DNA of 20,403 nucleotides from an uncultured bacterium (lineage in GTDB: Bacteria > Zixibacteria > MSB-5A5 > JAABVY01 > JAHJOQ01), in contig CBDUQR010000046.1 in assembly GCA_965369655.1 (NCBI GenBank), forward strand, positions 1 through 20,403, written 5' to 3'. The first letter of the stretch is position 1. Each line of letters begins with the position of its first letter. Below are positions 8,631-18,548 of this stretch, in pieces. Made by a program: the position numbers and the translations under genes. The notes under the pieces were generated by a model that was not told the origin of the DNA, did no database searches, and saw nothing but the letters and a program-made list of their open reading frames with translations.

Positions 8631-8992
8631 TCGATGACCGACGGCAGTTCGGGGCGGACATCGAGGACCTCGCCGCGAGGTATCTCGAGCATAACGGTTA
8701 CGAAATCCTGGAGCGAAACTACCGCGCGGGTCACAAAGAAATCGATATTATCGCCAGGACCGAAACGACTATCGTGTTCGTGGAGGTAAAGGCCTCGCGC
8801 AAACTGACACATGGACATCCATCGCTGCGCGTCACGAAAAAGAAGAGGCTGAATATCATAATGGCGGCACGGCAGTATATCGTGGAAAGCATGTTTGAAG
8901 GCTATGATTTCAGACTCGATGTGATCTCGTTCTATCCGAAAGAAGGGGGAGGATACACCCTCGATCACATAATCGGGGCGTTCACGGAGTGA
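8627..8992 (+). CDS. yraN: YraN family (UPF0102) putative PD-(D/E)xK endonuclease
   Basis: Motifs ILERNYR, EIDIIA, VFVEVK and RLDVI. The TTG start overlaps the rnhB stop (TTGA), and rnhB-yraN synteny is conserved. Confidence 0.92.
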   Translation: MIDDRRQFGADIEDLAARYLEHNGYEILERNYRAGHKEIDIIARTETTIVFVEVKASRKLTHGHPSLRVTKKKRLNIIMAARQYIVESMFEGYDFRLDVISFYPKEGGGYTLDHIIGAFTE

Positions 8993-9311
8993 GGGAATCC
9001 TTCATCACCTGCAACCTCTGCACCACCTGCTCCCATACTTTTAGCCATCTCTCAGGATCGTCCTTAAGCGTCGCCGTGTAGTTGTTAAGCCAGGTTGTGT
9101 CGACATCGAATTTGCTCAGGATTGAATCTCGAATCGGGAAATAGACTGAACTGTCATTACCGGCGACCTGAAATCCGGTTTCGAGTTCTGCGAAAACGGC
9201 AACGAACTTTTGGAATTCATCGGAATCGATGTCAACGCTGTCATCACCGCTGCACGCCAGCATCAATGCGACAGAGAATAACAGAAGTATCGATTTCAGG
9301 ATTCTAAACAT
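8982..9311 (-). CDS. Small lipoprotein, DUF4296-like
   Basis: 109 aa from ATG 9311 (RBS GAGG), with signal peptide and lipobox (MFRILKSILLLFSVALMLA-C). The helical body ILSKFDVD...DPERWLKVWEQV..RL is reminiscent of DUF4296. Confidence 0.6.
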   Translation of the reverse strand: MFRILKSILLLFSVALMLACSGDDSVDIDSDEFQKFVAVFAELETGFQVAGNDSSVYFPIRDSILSKFDVDTTWLNNYTATLKDDPERWLKVWEQVVQRLQVMKDSLTP

Positions 9312-9381
9312 TGCCAACCTCGGTTTGATGATGCTGACTAATCGTAAAAAGACAGGCAAATGTCAAGCTGAATCCTAACGA

Positions 9382-11052
9382 TCAGTGATTGTCAGATGGA
9401 AGCCCAGGTACCACCATTATCGATTTGACACGAGTGTATCTGACCTTGCCGAGTGCGCCCTTGATCTTCTGGAGGTGTCTGGTCTCGGTGTAGATAACCG
9501 GGACCTTCTCGGAATTCCTGGCTTGAGAATAGTGCGCGGCAATTCGTGCAGCAGTCAGTATGCTCTCCAGAGATGGGGGGTGATTTCGGTCCTTGACTTT
9601 GAGAATCACATGTGATCCGGGCGACTGCTGCGAGTGAAACCAGATGTCATATTTACGCGATGCCGTGAAAGTCACGTAGTCGTTTTCTTTGGCGTTTCGT
9701 CCAACCAGCACGGTCTCGCCTGCGCGAGTTGTGTACTCTCTCGGGTGGAATGCTGGAGCTTCTGGACTCCGGTGGGAACCGGAGATGTCCTTCTTTTTCT
9801 TAAGATATCCTTCTCGGATGACATCTCGTTCCAGTTCGAGCAGATCGCCGACATTCTCCGAGGATTCGAGTGTTGAGCGGAATGATTCGAGCTTCTCGAA
9901 CTCTCGATTGATAATCCGTATCTGTCGTGCGCTCGCGTCTCTGCCATCCGTGAGTTTTCTGAATCTCTTGAAGAGCTTCCGTATGTTCGCGGATGGCGAG
10001 AGGTTTTGTTGCAGGGGAATCGCGATCTCCTGTTGGTTCTCGTCATAGACGTCGGCTACGATCACAGATGTCATACCCTTTCTCAGCTTCCCGATATTGA
10101 TCGTCAGCAGTTCAGCCCACTTCCTGTACAACTCTGCACCTTCGGCTTCCTGCGTCAGTTTTTCGAGTTTAACAAGCTTCGATTCGAGCCTCTTCCTGTT
10201 CGATCTAATCCCGTGGCTGATCCTCTGGCGGATCGACCTGACGGCATATTGTCTGCCGAGCGCGGCGCCTGCATGCGCGAGAGCGTCGTTGACAGAATGG
10301 AATCCGGAATCCGGGTCTGAGGCATCAGTCCACGAGAGCTTATTACTCTCAATGCGGAGATGAAAATCACCATCTAAACAACTGCGGCAGGTCTGCTCTA
10401 TACCGGCTGCGATCGTATCCAGTTCATCGTCATCGAGATCACCTGCGGTCGTGTCATTCTTGATGTTCCTGAGTGCGAGAGACCAGAAGGAGTTGTCGCA
10501 GCCTCGAATAACACCGTTCAGGAAGTCCGCAATTGACTGATCTTCCCGTCCGGAGAGTGACTGCCGCATGAACGACATGTCAATCTGATCTGGGGGGCAT
10601 CCATCGGGTGGTTTCGGCGGATCGTAGACATCTTTAAGTTGATGCGCCTTGAGCGCCGTGATTATCACCTCTGAATCGCCCAGCATGTAGAGGTTTCCAG
10701 CAGGTCCGAACAACTCAAACACCAGCGCGTATCGACGTTCGCCGGCGTCGAGATCGATCCGGACGATTCTGTCGAAGTTGATCTGAGTTATGTCCCTGAT
10801 TGTCGCTCCAACAAGCTGCGGCAGGAAATTGGTTGTGTGCCTGCCTTTTCTGCGGTTTTCGCCTTCGTGGAAATAGAGAATACTTTCGCCCGGGACAAAC
10901 AGGTAATCAAGCACCACATTGCCGGGTGATCCGAGTTCAAACCTGACCAGTTTGCGGGTTTCGTCTTTGGTAAGAACATGCAGCGGAGAGCCGATCAGCT
11001 CCTGTCGAGCTTCCGCCACCCATCTGGAAATCTGAATCGCCGACAGTTTCAT
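9382..11052 (-). CDS. rqcH: Ribosome quality-control factor RqcH (NFACT/FbpA/Rqc2 family)
   Basis: 556 aa from ATG 11052. Contains NFACT-N (FDRIV, FELFG), a coiled coil, and NFACT-R (VGRNAKEND, DIWFH, PGSHV, AAHYS). The 61 upstream codons in the ORF track run into intergenic repeats. Confidence 0.9.
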   Translation of the reverse strand: MKLSAIQISRWVAEARQELIGSPLHVLTKDETRKLVRFELGSPGNVVLDYLFVPGESILYFHEGENRRKGRHTTNFLPQLVGATIRDITQINFDRIVRIDLDAGERRYALVFELFGPAGNLYMLGDSEVIITALKAHQLKDVYDPPKPPDGCPPDQIDMSFMRQSLSGREDQSIADFLNGVIRGCDNSFWSLALRNIKNDTTAGDLDDDELDTIAAGIEQTCRSCLDGDFHLRIESNKLSWTDASDPDSGFHSVNDALAHAGAALGRQYAVRSIRQRISHGIRSNRKRLESKLVKLEKLTQEAEGAELYRKWAELLTINIGKLRKGMTSVIVADVYDENQQEIAIPLQQNLSPSANIRKLFKRFRKLTDGRDASARQIRIINREFEKLESFRSTLESSENVGDLLELERDVIREGYLKKKKDISGSHRSPEAPAFHPREYTTRAGETVLVGRNAKENDYVTFTASRKYDIWFHSQQSPGSHVILKVKDRNHPPSLESILTAARIAAHYSQARNSEKVPVIYTETRHLQKIKGALGKVRYTRVKSIMVVPGLPSDNH

Positions 11053-11230
11053 GACCCTAATGATGAGCCTTTGGCATTGAGAATCAACAGGTTTCTGGGG
11101 GCAGATGCTATTAAACTGTTTCCCTGTTTGATCCAAGTTCGAGTAGGGCAGTGACCCGACTGGGCTGACGAGGAGAGGCTGTCCCAGAAGATGCAAAGAG
11201 TAGGTAATCATGTTTGCGGAAGTAAATAGC

Positions 11231-11302
11231 GTCATTCCCGCGAAGGCGGGAATCCATTGAATGCGTTATAGTTATATAGACTCCCGCCTTCGCGGGAGTG
11301 AC
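11231..11302. repeat. Inverted pair of ATTCCC-N8-GGGAAT (dRS3-like) palindromes
   Basis: GTCATTCCCGCGAAGGCGGGAATCC, then an AT-rich spacer, then AGACTCCCGCCTTCGCGGGAGTGAC: a near-perfect 25-bp inverted repeat. Confidence 0.8.
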
Positions 11303-11384
11303 ATAATCAGCTTCCCGCTTGAGTTAATTGGCGCTTATTGGATAGCCTCTCCCGGTCTGCCGCATTCCAGTGGTTGTGACCCGA

Positions 11385-11474
11385 CGGGGCAGACCCTTCG
11401 AAGCTCAGGACTTGCGAGGACGTCTGCCGCCCACAGGGTGCAGATCACCACGTCGCTGGGCCCCTCGTGATGAC
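11385..11474. repeat. GTGG-footed REP (minus strand) with nested module, plus an adjacent degenerate palindrome
   Basis: Minus strand reads GTGGGCGGCAGACGTCCTC-[GCAAGTCCTGAGCTTCGAAGG]-GTCTGCCCCG. It shares GGACGTCTGCCGCCCAC with 18356-18372. Confidence 0.7.
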
Positions 11475-11520
11475 GACAACGTTCAACAAGCCCCTACGCA
11501 GCGATCAGCTGACATTAGAG

Positions 11521-11549
11521 TTGACAAGCCTGTGCTGACAGTGTATAGT
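11521..11549 (+). promoter_or_regulatory. sigma70 promoter upstream of yicC
   Basis: TTGACA-17 bp-TATAGT, followed by RBS AGGGAG and ATG 11572. Confidence 0.8.
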
Positions 11550-11571
11550 TCAGCCCTTTTAGGGAGTGCGT

Positions 11572-12450
11572 ATGATCCGCAGCATGACAGGTTACGGGCA
11601 GGCAGAGACAGTCAGGGATGGTGTGAAGATCACCGTGGAGCTCTCGTCGCTCAATAACAGATTCTTCGAGACACAGATCAGACTTCCCCGGATGCTCTCC
11701 AGGCTCGAACCTAAGGTTCGCGAGTTGATTTCATCAAAGGTTAAGCGTGGGAAAGTCCTCTGTTTCGTGAATCGATACGCTGAGGAACCCGAACCGGTGA
11801 AGCTGATCGTGAATGAGGGGTCGGCAGCGGAGTATATCCACGCTCTCAGAGAGCTCAAACAGCGTTTTTCTCTTCCGGGTGATGTTGAAGTGTCGGACCT
11901 GATCAATCTGACCGGCGTGTTTGAACCTGACGAGACTATTGAAAGTGCGGAATCGGATACCTCGTTGGTCGAGGAGACCGTTTCGGCTGCGCTCGACGAG
12001 CTTGTTTCCATGCGCGTCAGTGAGGGGGAGAAACTCGCGCAGGATATGAAGCCGAGAGTAGAGAAGATTATAGACGCTGTCAGTCGGATAGAGAAGCTTT
12101 CCGGTAACAGCGTCGAGCAGTACAAGCAGAAGCTGGAAACCCGGATGAGAGAACTGCTCAACGAGATAATCGACCCTGGTGAGAGAGTCGCCATGGAGGC
12201 GGCGGTTGTCGCGGAGCGGTGCGATGTTACAGAAGAATGCGTGCGGATCAGGAGCCACAGCAAGCAGTTTCTCGATACGATCGACGAGAATGGTCCTGTC
12301 GGCAAGCGCCTGAATTTTCTGCTTCAGGAACTCAATCGTGAGGCGAACACTATTGGCTCGAAGTCAATAGCTGTTGAGATATCGTCGGAAGTGGTGATGC
12401 TCAAAGAGGAGATCGAGAAGCTCAGAGAACAGGTTCAAAACATAGAGTGA
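11572..12450 (+). CDS. yicC: YicC/YloC family endoribonuclease
   Basis: Starts MIRSMTGYG, contains GKRLNFLLQELNREANTIGSK, and ends EKLREQVQNIE. Confidence 0.97.
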   Translation: MIRSMTGYGQAETVRDGVKITVELSSLNNRFFETQIRLPRMLSRLEPKVRELISSKVKRGKVLCFVNRYAEEPEPVKLIVNEGSAAEYIHALRELKQRFSLPGDVEVSDLINLTGVFEPDETIESAESDTSLVEETVSAALDELVSMRVSEGEKLAQDMKPRVEKIIDAVSRIEKLSGNSVEQYKQKLETRMRELLNEIIDPGERVAMEAAVVAERCDVTEECVRIRSHSKQFLDTIDENGPVGKRLNFLLQELNREANTIGSKSIAVEISSEVVMLKEEIEKLREQVQNIE

Positions 12451-12655
12451 AGATGTGACAATCCGGTAGGCGGTTTATGGAATCGACGGCTGGGTTCTAA
12501 AGGATTTGGTGTGACGGACGACAGAGAGAAGAAATGATCGTGAAATCAGGAAATCGTCTGAATTACGGTTCTCGTCATCTTCTCGAACGCTGTGTGGGAG
12601 TGGGAACATTCCTCGGAATTGCAGCATTACACGATTGGAATTGAAAGGAGATGAT

Positions 12656-12880
12656 ATGAAACGGGTTCCTGAATGGACGCTTGAGAAGGTAACAGAACAT
12701 TCGAGAAACATCTACGAAGCGGTGATAATTGCTGCGAAGAAGTCACGAATGCTGAATGAAGAACGCCTCGTAAGGCTCGAACTGATGCCTGAAGACGATT
12801 CCATAGTCATCGATACGCGGAAGGTGACCGAGGTCGCTCTTAAGGAGCTTTCGGAAGGCAAGATCGAAGTCAAGAGGTAA
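12656..12880 (+). CDS. rpoZ: RNA polymerase omega subunit
   Basis: 74 aa, RBS AAGGAG. NIYEAVIIAAKKSR and VALKELSEGKI are omega motifs, and the position after yicC is typical. Confidence 0.85.
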   Translation: MKRVPEWTLEKVTEHSRNIYEAVIIAAKKSRMLNEERLVRLELMPEDDSIVIDTRKVTEVALKELSEGKIEVKR

Positions 12881-12899
12881 AACCTGCGCTGGGGAGTGT

Positions 12900-15257
12900 A
12901 TGACTAAGGCTGCTGCAAAAAAGACTGCGAAATCGACTGCGAAGTCATCATCTAAGAAATCTGTCCGGAAGGCCAGGGGGACTTCATCCAAATCCCTCCA
13001 GGGCGGGTTGATCATAGTCGAGTCTCCAACTAAGATCAAGACTCTCAAGAAGTTCCTTGGCAGGAATTACTCCGTGATGGCCACAAAGGGTCACATTATC
13101 GATCTGCCCAAGAGTAAACTCGGCGTAGAAGTCGATGACGATTTCACTCCGCACTTCACCGTCATCAAGGGGAAGGCTCAGATCATCAGGGATCTGGTCA
13201 AGGCCGCGAAGACGAAAAAGCAGATATTTCTTGCTCCCGACCCGGACAGGGAAGGAGAAGCGATAGCATATCACTTGTTCACTAAGCTCGGCAATGTTGG
13301 GGGCGAGGTGAAGCGGGTAACATTCAACGAAATCACCAAAGCTGCCGTGCTCAAAGGACTCGAAGAAGCATCTGATCTCGATATGAAGAAGGTCTATGCG
13401 CAGCAGGCGCGAAGAATCCTTGACCGCCTCGTCGGTTACCAGGTGTCGCCGATTCTCTGGCGGACTGTCCTGCGCGGACTGTCGGCGGGACGAGTGCAAT
13501 CAGTCGCTCTCAGGATGATTTGCGAGCGTGAAGCCGAGGTAATCGCGTTTGAGCCAAGAGAGTACTGGAGCATCGAAGCGGAGTTCAGCGCTGAGAAGGA
13601 ATGCTGTTTTATCGGCAAGCTACACAAAATCGACAGCGGCGATGTAGAGATTCCGAACGAACAGGACGCTAAGGTACATGTCGATTCGATCCGGAGTGAA
13701 TCTTTTTCAATCAAGGCGATTGTCAAAGATCAGAAGAAGCGCCAACCGAGTCCGCCATATATAACGAGCACATTGCAGCAGGATGCTGCGAGGCAGATAA
13801 GATTCTCGCCGCAGAAAACGATGATCATCGCTCAGCAGTTATATGAAGGAATTGAACTCGGCTCCGAGGGGTCGGTCGGTTTAATCACATACATGAGGAC
13901 CGATTCGATCAGGACAGCAGAAGAGGCTCTCGTCGCCGCGCGGGAATACATCGATTTGAAGTTCGGTCCCGACTTTTTACCCGACTCGCCGAGAAGGTAC
14001 AAAACAAAGAAACGGAAACAGGACGCCCATGAGGCAATACGGCCAACCAATCTGAATTATGACCCGGCTTCGATGAAGAAGTATCTCTCCACGGATCAAT
14101 TCAAGCTATACAATCTGATATTCAATCGTTTCGTCGCATCGCAGATGAACCCGGCGGTCTATGATCAGGTCCGCGTCGACATCGAGGGCGGCAGGTATCT
14201 GTTCAGGGCGGTCGACACCAAGCTGATATTCGAGGGTTTCCTGAAGATCTATGAAGAGGCGAAGGAAGAAAATAACGGCAACGGCAATGGCTCGACGATT
14301 CTGCCCGACCTCAAAGAGGGACAGTCTGCCAAGTGTGAGAAGGTGACCCCGAATCAGCATTTCACCAAACCGCCGCCGAGGTTCTCCGAGGCTACTCTTG
14401 TCAAAGAACTCGAGGCAAACGGTATCGGCAGGCCATCGACATACGCCCAGATTATAATCACCATCAAGAATCGCAAATATGTCGATCTGGATAACAGGAA
14501 GCTCTCGCCTACTGAGCTCGGTACTACGGTCAATGACATACTGTCAAAGAATTTCGAGAAGATATTCAATGTCAAGTTCACGGCCCTGATGGAGGATGAA
14601 CTCGACAAGATCGAAGAGGGCACCGACAATTGGGTGGAAGTCCTTCGCGAGTTTTATACGCCATTTTCTGAGAATGTCAAGGATGTCGAGAGCCGTATTG
14701 ATGAGATAAAGACAGTTACGCAGAAAGAATCCGATGAAATCTGCGATAAGTGCGGTGCTCCGATGCTGATCAAGTGGGGGCGAAACGGCCAGTTCCTTGC
14801 GTGTTCAGGGTATCCCGAGTGCAAGAATACCCGTCCGCTCGACAGCGAGGGGAACGGCGAGCCGGTGGAGCGTGACTGTCCCAAATGCAACGAGCCGTTG
14901 ATATACAGGTACGGCAGGTTCGGGAAGTTCATCGCCTGCAGTTCGTATCCTGAATGCGACTACACCGAATCCATTACGACCGGTGTGAAATGTCCGCAGG
15001 AGGGCTGCGACGGCGAACTGGCGCAGAGGCGCAGCAAGAGGGGCAAGTACTTCTGGGGATGCACGAAGTATCCTGACTGCAAATACGCGACATGGTACAA
15101 GCCGGTCGACAAGAAATGCCCGGCGTGTGGACATGCGCTCATGGTCGAGAAAGAGACTAAGAAACTCGGAAAGCATTACGCCTGTCCGATCTGCAAGCAT
15201 GTCATCAGACTGGCCGAGGAAGAACCGGCGACGGAACTGGAAAATGCCGGCAAGTAA
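12900..15257 (+). CDS. topA: DNA topoisomerase I
   Basis: TOPRIM LIIVESP, DPDREGE, SAGRVQS, catalytic LITYMRTDS and GIGRPSTY, with four C-terminal Cys4 zinc ribbons. Confidence 0.98.
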   Translation: MTKAAAKKTAKSTAKSSSKKSVRKARGTSSKSLQGGLIIVESPTKIKTLKKFLGRNYSVMATKGHIIDLPKSKLGVEVDDDFTPHFTVIKGKAQIIRDLVKAAKTKKQIFLAPDPDREGEAIAYHLFTKLGNVGGEVKRVTFNEITKAAVLKGLEEASDLDMKKVYAQQARRILDRLVGYQVSPILWRTVLRGLSAGRVQSVALRMICEREAEVIAFEPREYWSIEAEFSAEKECCFIGKLHKIDSGDVEIPNEQDAKVHVDSIRSESFSIKAIVKDQKKRQPSPPYITSTLQQDAARQIRFSPQKTMIIAQQLYEGIELGSEGSVGLITYMRTDSIRTAEEALVAAREYIDLKFGPDFLPDSPRRYKTKKRKQDAHEAIRPTNLNYDPASMKKYLSTDQFKLYNLIFNRFVASQMNPAVYDQVRVDIEGGRYLFRAVDTKLIFEGFLKIYEEAKEENNGNGNGSTILPDLKEGQSAKCEKVTPNQHFTKPPPRFSEATLVKELEANGIGRPSTYAQIIITIKNRKYVDLDNRKLSPTELGTTVNDILSKNFEKIFNVKFTALMEDELDKIEEGTDNWVEVLREFYTPFSENVKDVESRIDEIKTVTQKESDEICDKCGAPMLIKWGRNGQFLACSGYPECKNTRPLDSEGNGEPVERDCPKCNEPLIYRYGRFGKFIACSSYPECDYTESITTGVKCPQEGCDGELAQRRSKRGKYFWGCTKYPDCKYATWYKPVDKKCPACGHALMVEKETKKLGKHYACPICKHVIRLAEEEPATELENAGK

Positions 15258-16143
15258 GAGGCATGCCGAGGAATTCCTTGCCTGGCTTCGCGATCAGAAA
15301 TCCTGCTCAACCAACACTCTGACAGCTTACCGGAAAGATATTCTACGATTCCGCAAATTTATCCTGGAACGATCTGTCTCACAGAGCGAACTTAAGAAAC
15401 GACTCGGACCGGTGGTGCGTGAGTTCAACCGAAGGCTCGGCGTTGAGGGACTCTCCAATCGATCTATCTGCAGAGTGCTCTCGGCAATCAAGAGTTACTT
15501 CAAGTATCTCCATCGAAAGGGAATCACTCCGGATGACCTTGGCGCCAGGATCATGACGATCCGTTTCGAGAAGAAGTTGCCGAGGTACTTGCTTGAAACC
15601 GATATTGAACGATTGATGCAGTTTCCCGATCCGGATACATTTCAGGGGAGCCGGGATCTCGCGCTGATCGAATTGCTCTACTCAACAGGGTGCAGGCTTG
15701 GTGAGATGCCGACGGTCAGGATCGACGATCTCGATCTTGAAGGCGGGTGTGTCAGGATATTTGGCAAGGGCCGGAAAGAGCGTCTGGCTCCAATTGGAGA
15801 GTATGCACGTACTGCCATCAACAATTATCTTGAAAAGCGAATTGCCAAGTTTCCTGATGTGAGACACAACGAACTGTTTCTGAATCGGCTGGGTGGAGCC
15901 TTGACAAGGAGATCAATGTCTCGTATTGTTTGGAAATATACACAGATGCTCGGCACGGTCGATCCGTTCTCGCCTCACAAACTGAGGCATTCATTTGCAA
16001 CGCACCTTCTCGATCGCGGCGCCGACATCATGGCGATCAAAGAAATGCTCGGACATACGTCGCTGTCGAGTACTCAGATTTATTCGTCCGTGACGCTGAA
16101 GCGGCTGAAGAAAGCATACAAAAATGCTCATCCGCGAGCTTAA
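15244..16143 (+). CDS. xerC: Chromosomal tyrosine recombinase XerC/XerD
   Basis: 299 aa from ATG 15244, overlapping the topA end. Motifs [29 protein letters not shown] and TQIY, in the conserved topA-xerC-hslVU context. Confidence 0.88.
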   Translation: MPASKRHAEEFLAWLRDQKSCSTNTLTAYRKDILRFRKFILERSVSQSELKKRLGPVVREFNRRLGVEGLSNRSICRVLSAIKSYFKYLHRKGITPDDLGARIMTIRFEKKLPRYLLETDIERLMQFPDPDTFQGSRDLALIELLYSTGCRLGEMPTVRIDDLDLEGGCVRIFGKGRKERLAPIGEYARTAINNYLEKRIAKFPDVRHNELFLNRLGGALTRRSMSRIVWKYTQMLGTVDPFSPHKLRHSFATHLLDRGADIMAIKEMLGHTSLSSTQIYSSVTLKRLKKAYKNAHPRA

Positions 16144-16159
16144 ACCAGTTGGAGGGAGC

Positions 16160-16687
16160 ATGCTGCGTGCAACCACAATTATCGGTCTGAGGCACAAGGG
16201 GAAAGTCGCTATCGGTGGCGACGGCCAGGTATCGTACGAAGATACTGTGCTCAAAGAGAATGCAAACAAGATTCGGTCAATGTACGACGGAAAGATACTT
16301 GCCGGATTCGCGGGGTCGGCTGCCGATGCGCTGACGCTGTTCGAGCGATTCGAAGGTAAGCTCGACGAATTCGAGGGCAATCTTCCGCGAGCTGCAGTCG
16401 AACTTGCGAAAGAATGGCGAACCGACAAGTATTTGCGTCGGCTCGAGGCACTCATGGCTGTTGTCGACAAGAAACACGCCCTGTGGATTTCCGGCAATGG
16501 CGATGTGGTTGAACCGGATGATAAGATCGTCGCAATCGGTTCGGGCGGAGACTATGCGCGTGCCGCTGCTCGTGCGCTGATCAAACACTCCAAACTCGAT
16601 GCTGAACAGATTGTCAAAGAATCTCTGAAGGTCGCATCGTCGATCTGTGTCTACACGAACGAGAAGATTACGATCGAAACGCTCTGA
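16160..16687 (+). CDS. hslV: ATP-dependent protease peptidase subunit HslV
   Basis: MLRA-TTI with N-terminal Thr nucleophile, [14 protein letters not shown] and GSGG. RBS GGAGGGAG. Confidence 0.98.
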   Translation: MLRATTIIGLRHKGKVAIGGDGQVSYEDTVLKENANKIRSMYDGKILAGFAGSAADALTLFERFEGKLDEFEGNLPRAAVELAKEWRTDKYLRRLEALMAVVDKKHALWISGNGDVVEPDDKIVAIGSGGDYARAAARALIKHSKLDAEQIVKESLKVASSICVYTNEKITIETL

Positions 16688-16837
16688 AATACACTGAGTT
16701 TGTTTTGGAGTATCAGAGGGGACTGATCAGTTGTTTGTCAGTGGCGGTCTGGTCGTTCCAAATTGGATCGCTTTGCTCTGAGTCATGATCTCATATTGCT
16801 CAATCACTGCATTCCGACCAAAATATAGAGGCGTTCC

Positions 16838-16866
16838 TTGACTTAATCCTGCAATCCGTATACTAT
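16838..16866 (+). promoter_or_regulatory. Putative internal sigma70 promoter for hslU
   Basis: TTGACT-17 bp-TACTAT, followed by RBS GGAGG (16875) and ATG 16885. Confidence 0.6.
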
Positions 16867-16884
16867 ATGCCCCTGGAGGATTCT

Positions 16885-18258
16885 ATGAATACAGAGCTTA
16901 CACCGAAACAGATAGTACAGGAACTCGACGCATATATTATTGGACAGGAGGCCGCCAAGAAGGCTGTCGCCATTGCACTTCGCAACAGGTGGAGACGACA
17001 GCAGGTGCAGGGCGACATCAAGGATGAGATCCTGCCCAACAACATCATCATGATCGGCCCGACGGGCGTCGGCAAGACTGAGATCGCCCGCAGGCTGTCA
17101 CAGCTCGCCAATGCCCCGTTTATCAAGGTGGAGGCTTCCAAGTTCACCGAGGTTGGCTATGTTGGCCGGGATGTAGAATCAATGGTGCGCGATCTTACGG
17201 ATATCGCTGTGACGACTGTTAAACGCGAACGGGGAGAGGAGGTCCGTGAGAAGGCAGAGAAGATCGCTGAGGATCGCGTGCTGAATCTGCTTCTTCCCAA
17301 GCCGCCGATAAGGTCTGCCGATTCAATAGTTGCGGCAACTCCGCCCTCGCCGATGGATAATCTCATCGAGAAGTGGGAGCGCAATCGGGAGAAGCTCCGC
17401 GAGAAATTCCGTTCGGGGGAACTCGACAAACGGACTGTTGAGATCGAAACTTCGACATCGCAATTTCCGATCATCGAAGTGTTCTCGCCGTCAGGGATGG
17501 AGGAACTCGGCGTTAATTTCCAGGAGCTCTTCTCCGAGATGCTTCCAAAGAAGCAGAAAAAACGCAAGCTCTCTGTCGAGGAAGCGTTCAAGCTACTGAC
17601 GGCCGAGGAGGTCGGGAAACTGATCGATATGGACGAAGTTATCGCCACGTCAATATCGAGGATGGAAAACTCAGGAATAATCTTCGTCGACGAGATCGAC
17701 AAGATCGCTTCCGCCGAGGGACGTGTCTCCGGTCCCGACGTTTCCCGCGAGGGCGTTCAGCGGGATATTCTGCCGATCATCGAGGGATCGAGCGTTATGA
17801 CCAAGTACGGCATGGTCAGGACGGATCATATTCTGTTCATCGCAGCCGGTGCATTCCATACGACAAAACCATCGGACCTGATCCCCGAACTTCAGGGACG
17901 ATTCCCGATACGTGTCGAACTTGACAGTCTTGGGAAGAAGGAATTCGAGAGAATCCTGACTGAGCCAAAGAATGCGCTGATCAAGCAGTACACAGCGCTT
18001 CTCGAAACCGAAGGTGTCAAGCTCGAATTCGACAAACTCGCTATCCGTGAACTCGCGTCGATTGCCGATCTGGTCAACCAGCAGTCGGAGAACATAGGAG
18101 CGAGGCGATTACACACTGTCATGACTACGCTTCTCGAAGACATCATGTTCGATTATCCCGGACGGAAGGCCAAGACTATCAAGCTGACCAAAGCATCAGT
18201 CAAAAAACGCCTCGACGCCGTGATAGAGGACGAGGATCTCTCGAGATATATTTTGTAA
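16885..18258 (+). CDS. hslU: ATP-dependent protease ATPase subunit HslU
   Basis: LTPKQIV, Walker [13 protein letters not shown] pore loop, Walker [16 protein letters not shown] and C-terminal DLSRYIL. Confidence 0.99.
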   Translation: MNTELTPKQIVQELDAYIIGQEAAKKAVAIALRNRWRRQQVQGDIKDEILPNNIIMIGPTGVGKTEIARRLSQLANAPFIKVEASKFTEVGYVGRDVESMVRDLTDIAVTTVKRERGEEVREKAEKIAEDRVLNLLLPKPPIRSADSIVAATPPSPMDNLIEKWERNREKLREKFRSGELDKRTVEIETSTSQFPIIEVFSPSGMEELGVNFQELFSEMLPKKQKKRKLSVEEAFKLLTAEEVGKLIDMDEVIATSISRMENSGIIFVDEIDKIASAEGRVSGPDVSREGVQRDILPIIEGSSVMTKYGMVRTDHILFIAAGAFHTTKPSDLIPELQGRFPIRVELDSLGKKEFERILTEPKNALIKQYTALLETEGVKLEFDKLAIRELASIADLVNQQSENIGARRLHTVMTTLLEDIMFDYPGRKAKTIKLTKASVKKRLDAVIEDEDLSRYIL

Positions 18259-18288
18259 GTTCGTTTGCATTACAATTGATCTGAGTTT

Positions 18289-18401
18289 GTAGGTCAAGCG
18301 GCTCGCCTGTCCTGAGCTTCGCGAAGGGCCCGCTTGACAGAAGGGACAGCCTCGGGGACGTCTGCCGCCCACTTGCATCACGGCAGGTGTCGGGGACACC
18401 T
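18289..18401. repeat. Cluster of REP-like hairpins downstream of hslU
   Basis: GTAG-GTCAAGCGG...CCGCTTGAC (18289-18338) encloses GTCCTGAGCTTCGCGAAGGG. A minus-strand GTGGGCGGCAGACGTCCCC REP has its foot at 18372. An AGGTGTC-GGG-GACACCT hairpin spans 18385-18401. Confidence 0.7.
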
Positions 18402-18548
18402 CCCCTGTTTCACTTCCGAGCAGAAATGATACCGATTCAGTATTGATGCCCTCGCAGGACTATTTGCAGAGGTTTTGTCCACTTGTCCTCAATCCTGGAG
18501 GTCCGCATGCGATTCTCGGTCGCCGATCCCGATCCCGAGGGACCGGTG

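Noticed and set aside
11053..11235. N-terminal extensions given by the ORF track for rqcH (likewise glmM, xerC, hslV, yraN)
   Set aside because: They extend into intergenic repeats or neighbouring genes. Downstream starts match family N-termini and RBS positions better.
15244..16143. Tyrosine recombinase as a phage or island integrase
   Set aside because: Its size, motifs and topA-xerC-hslVU context indicate chromosomal XerC/D, and there is no cargo or att site.
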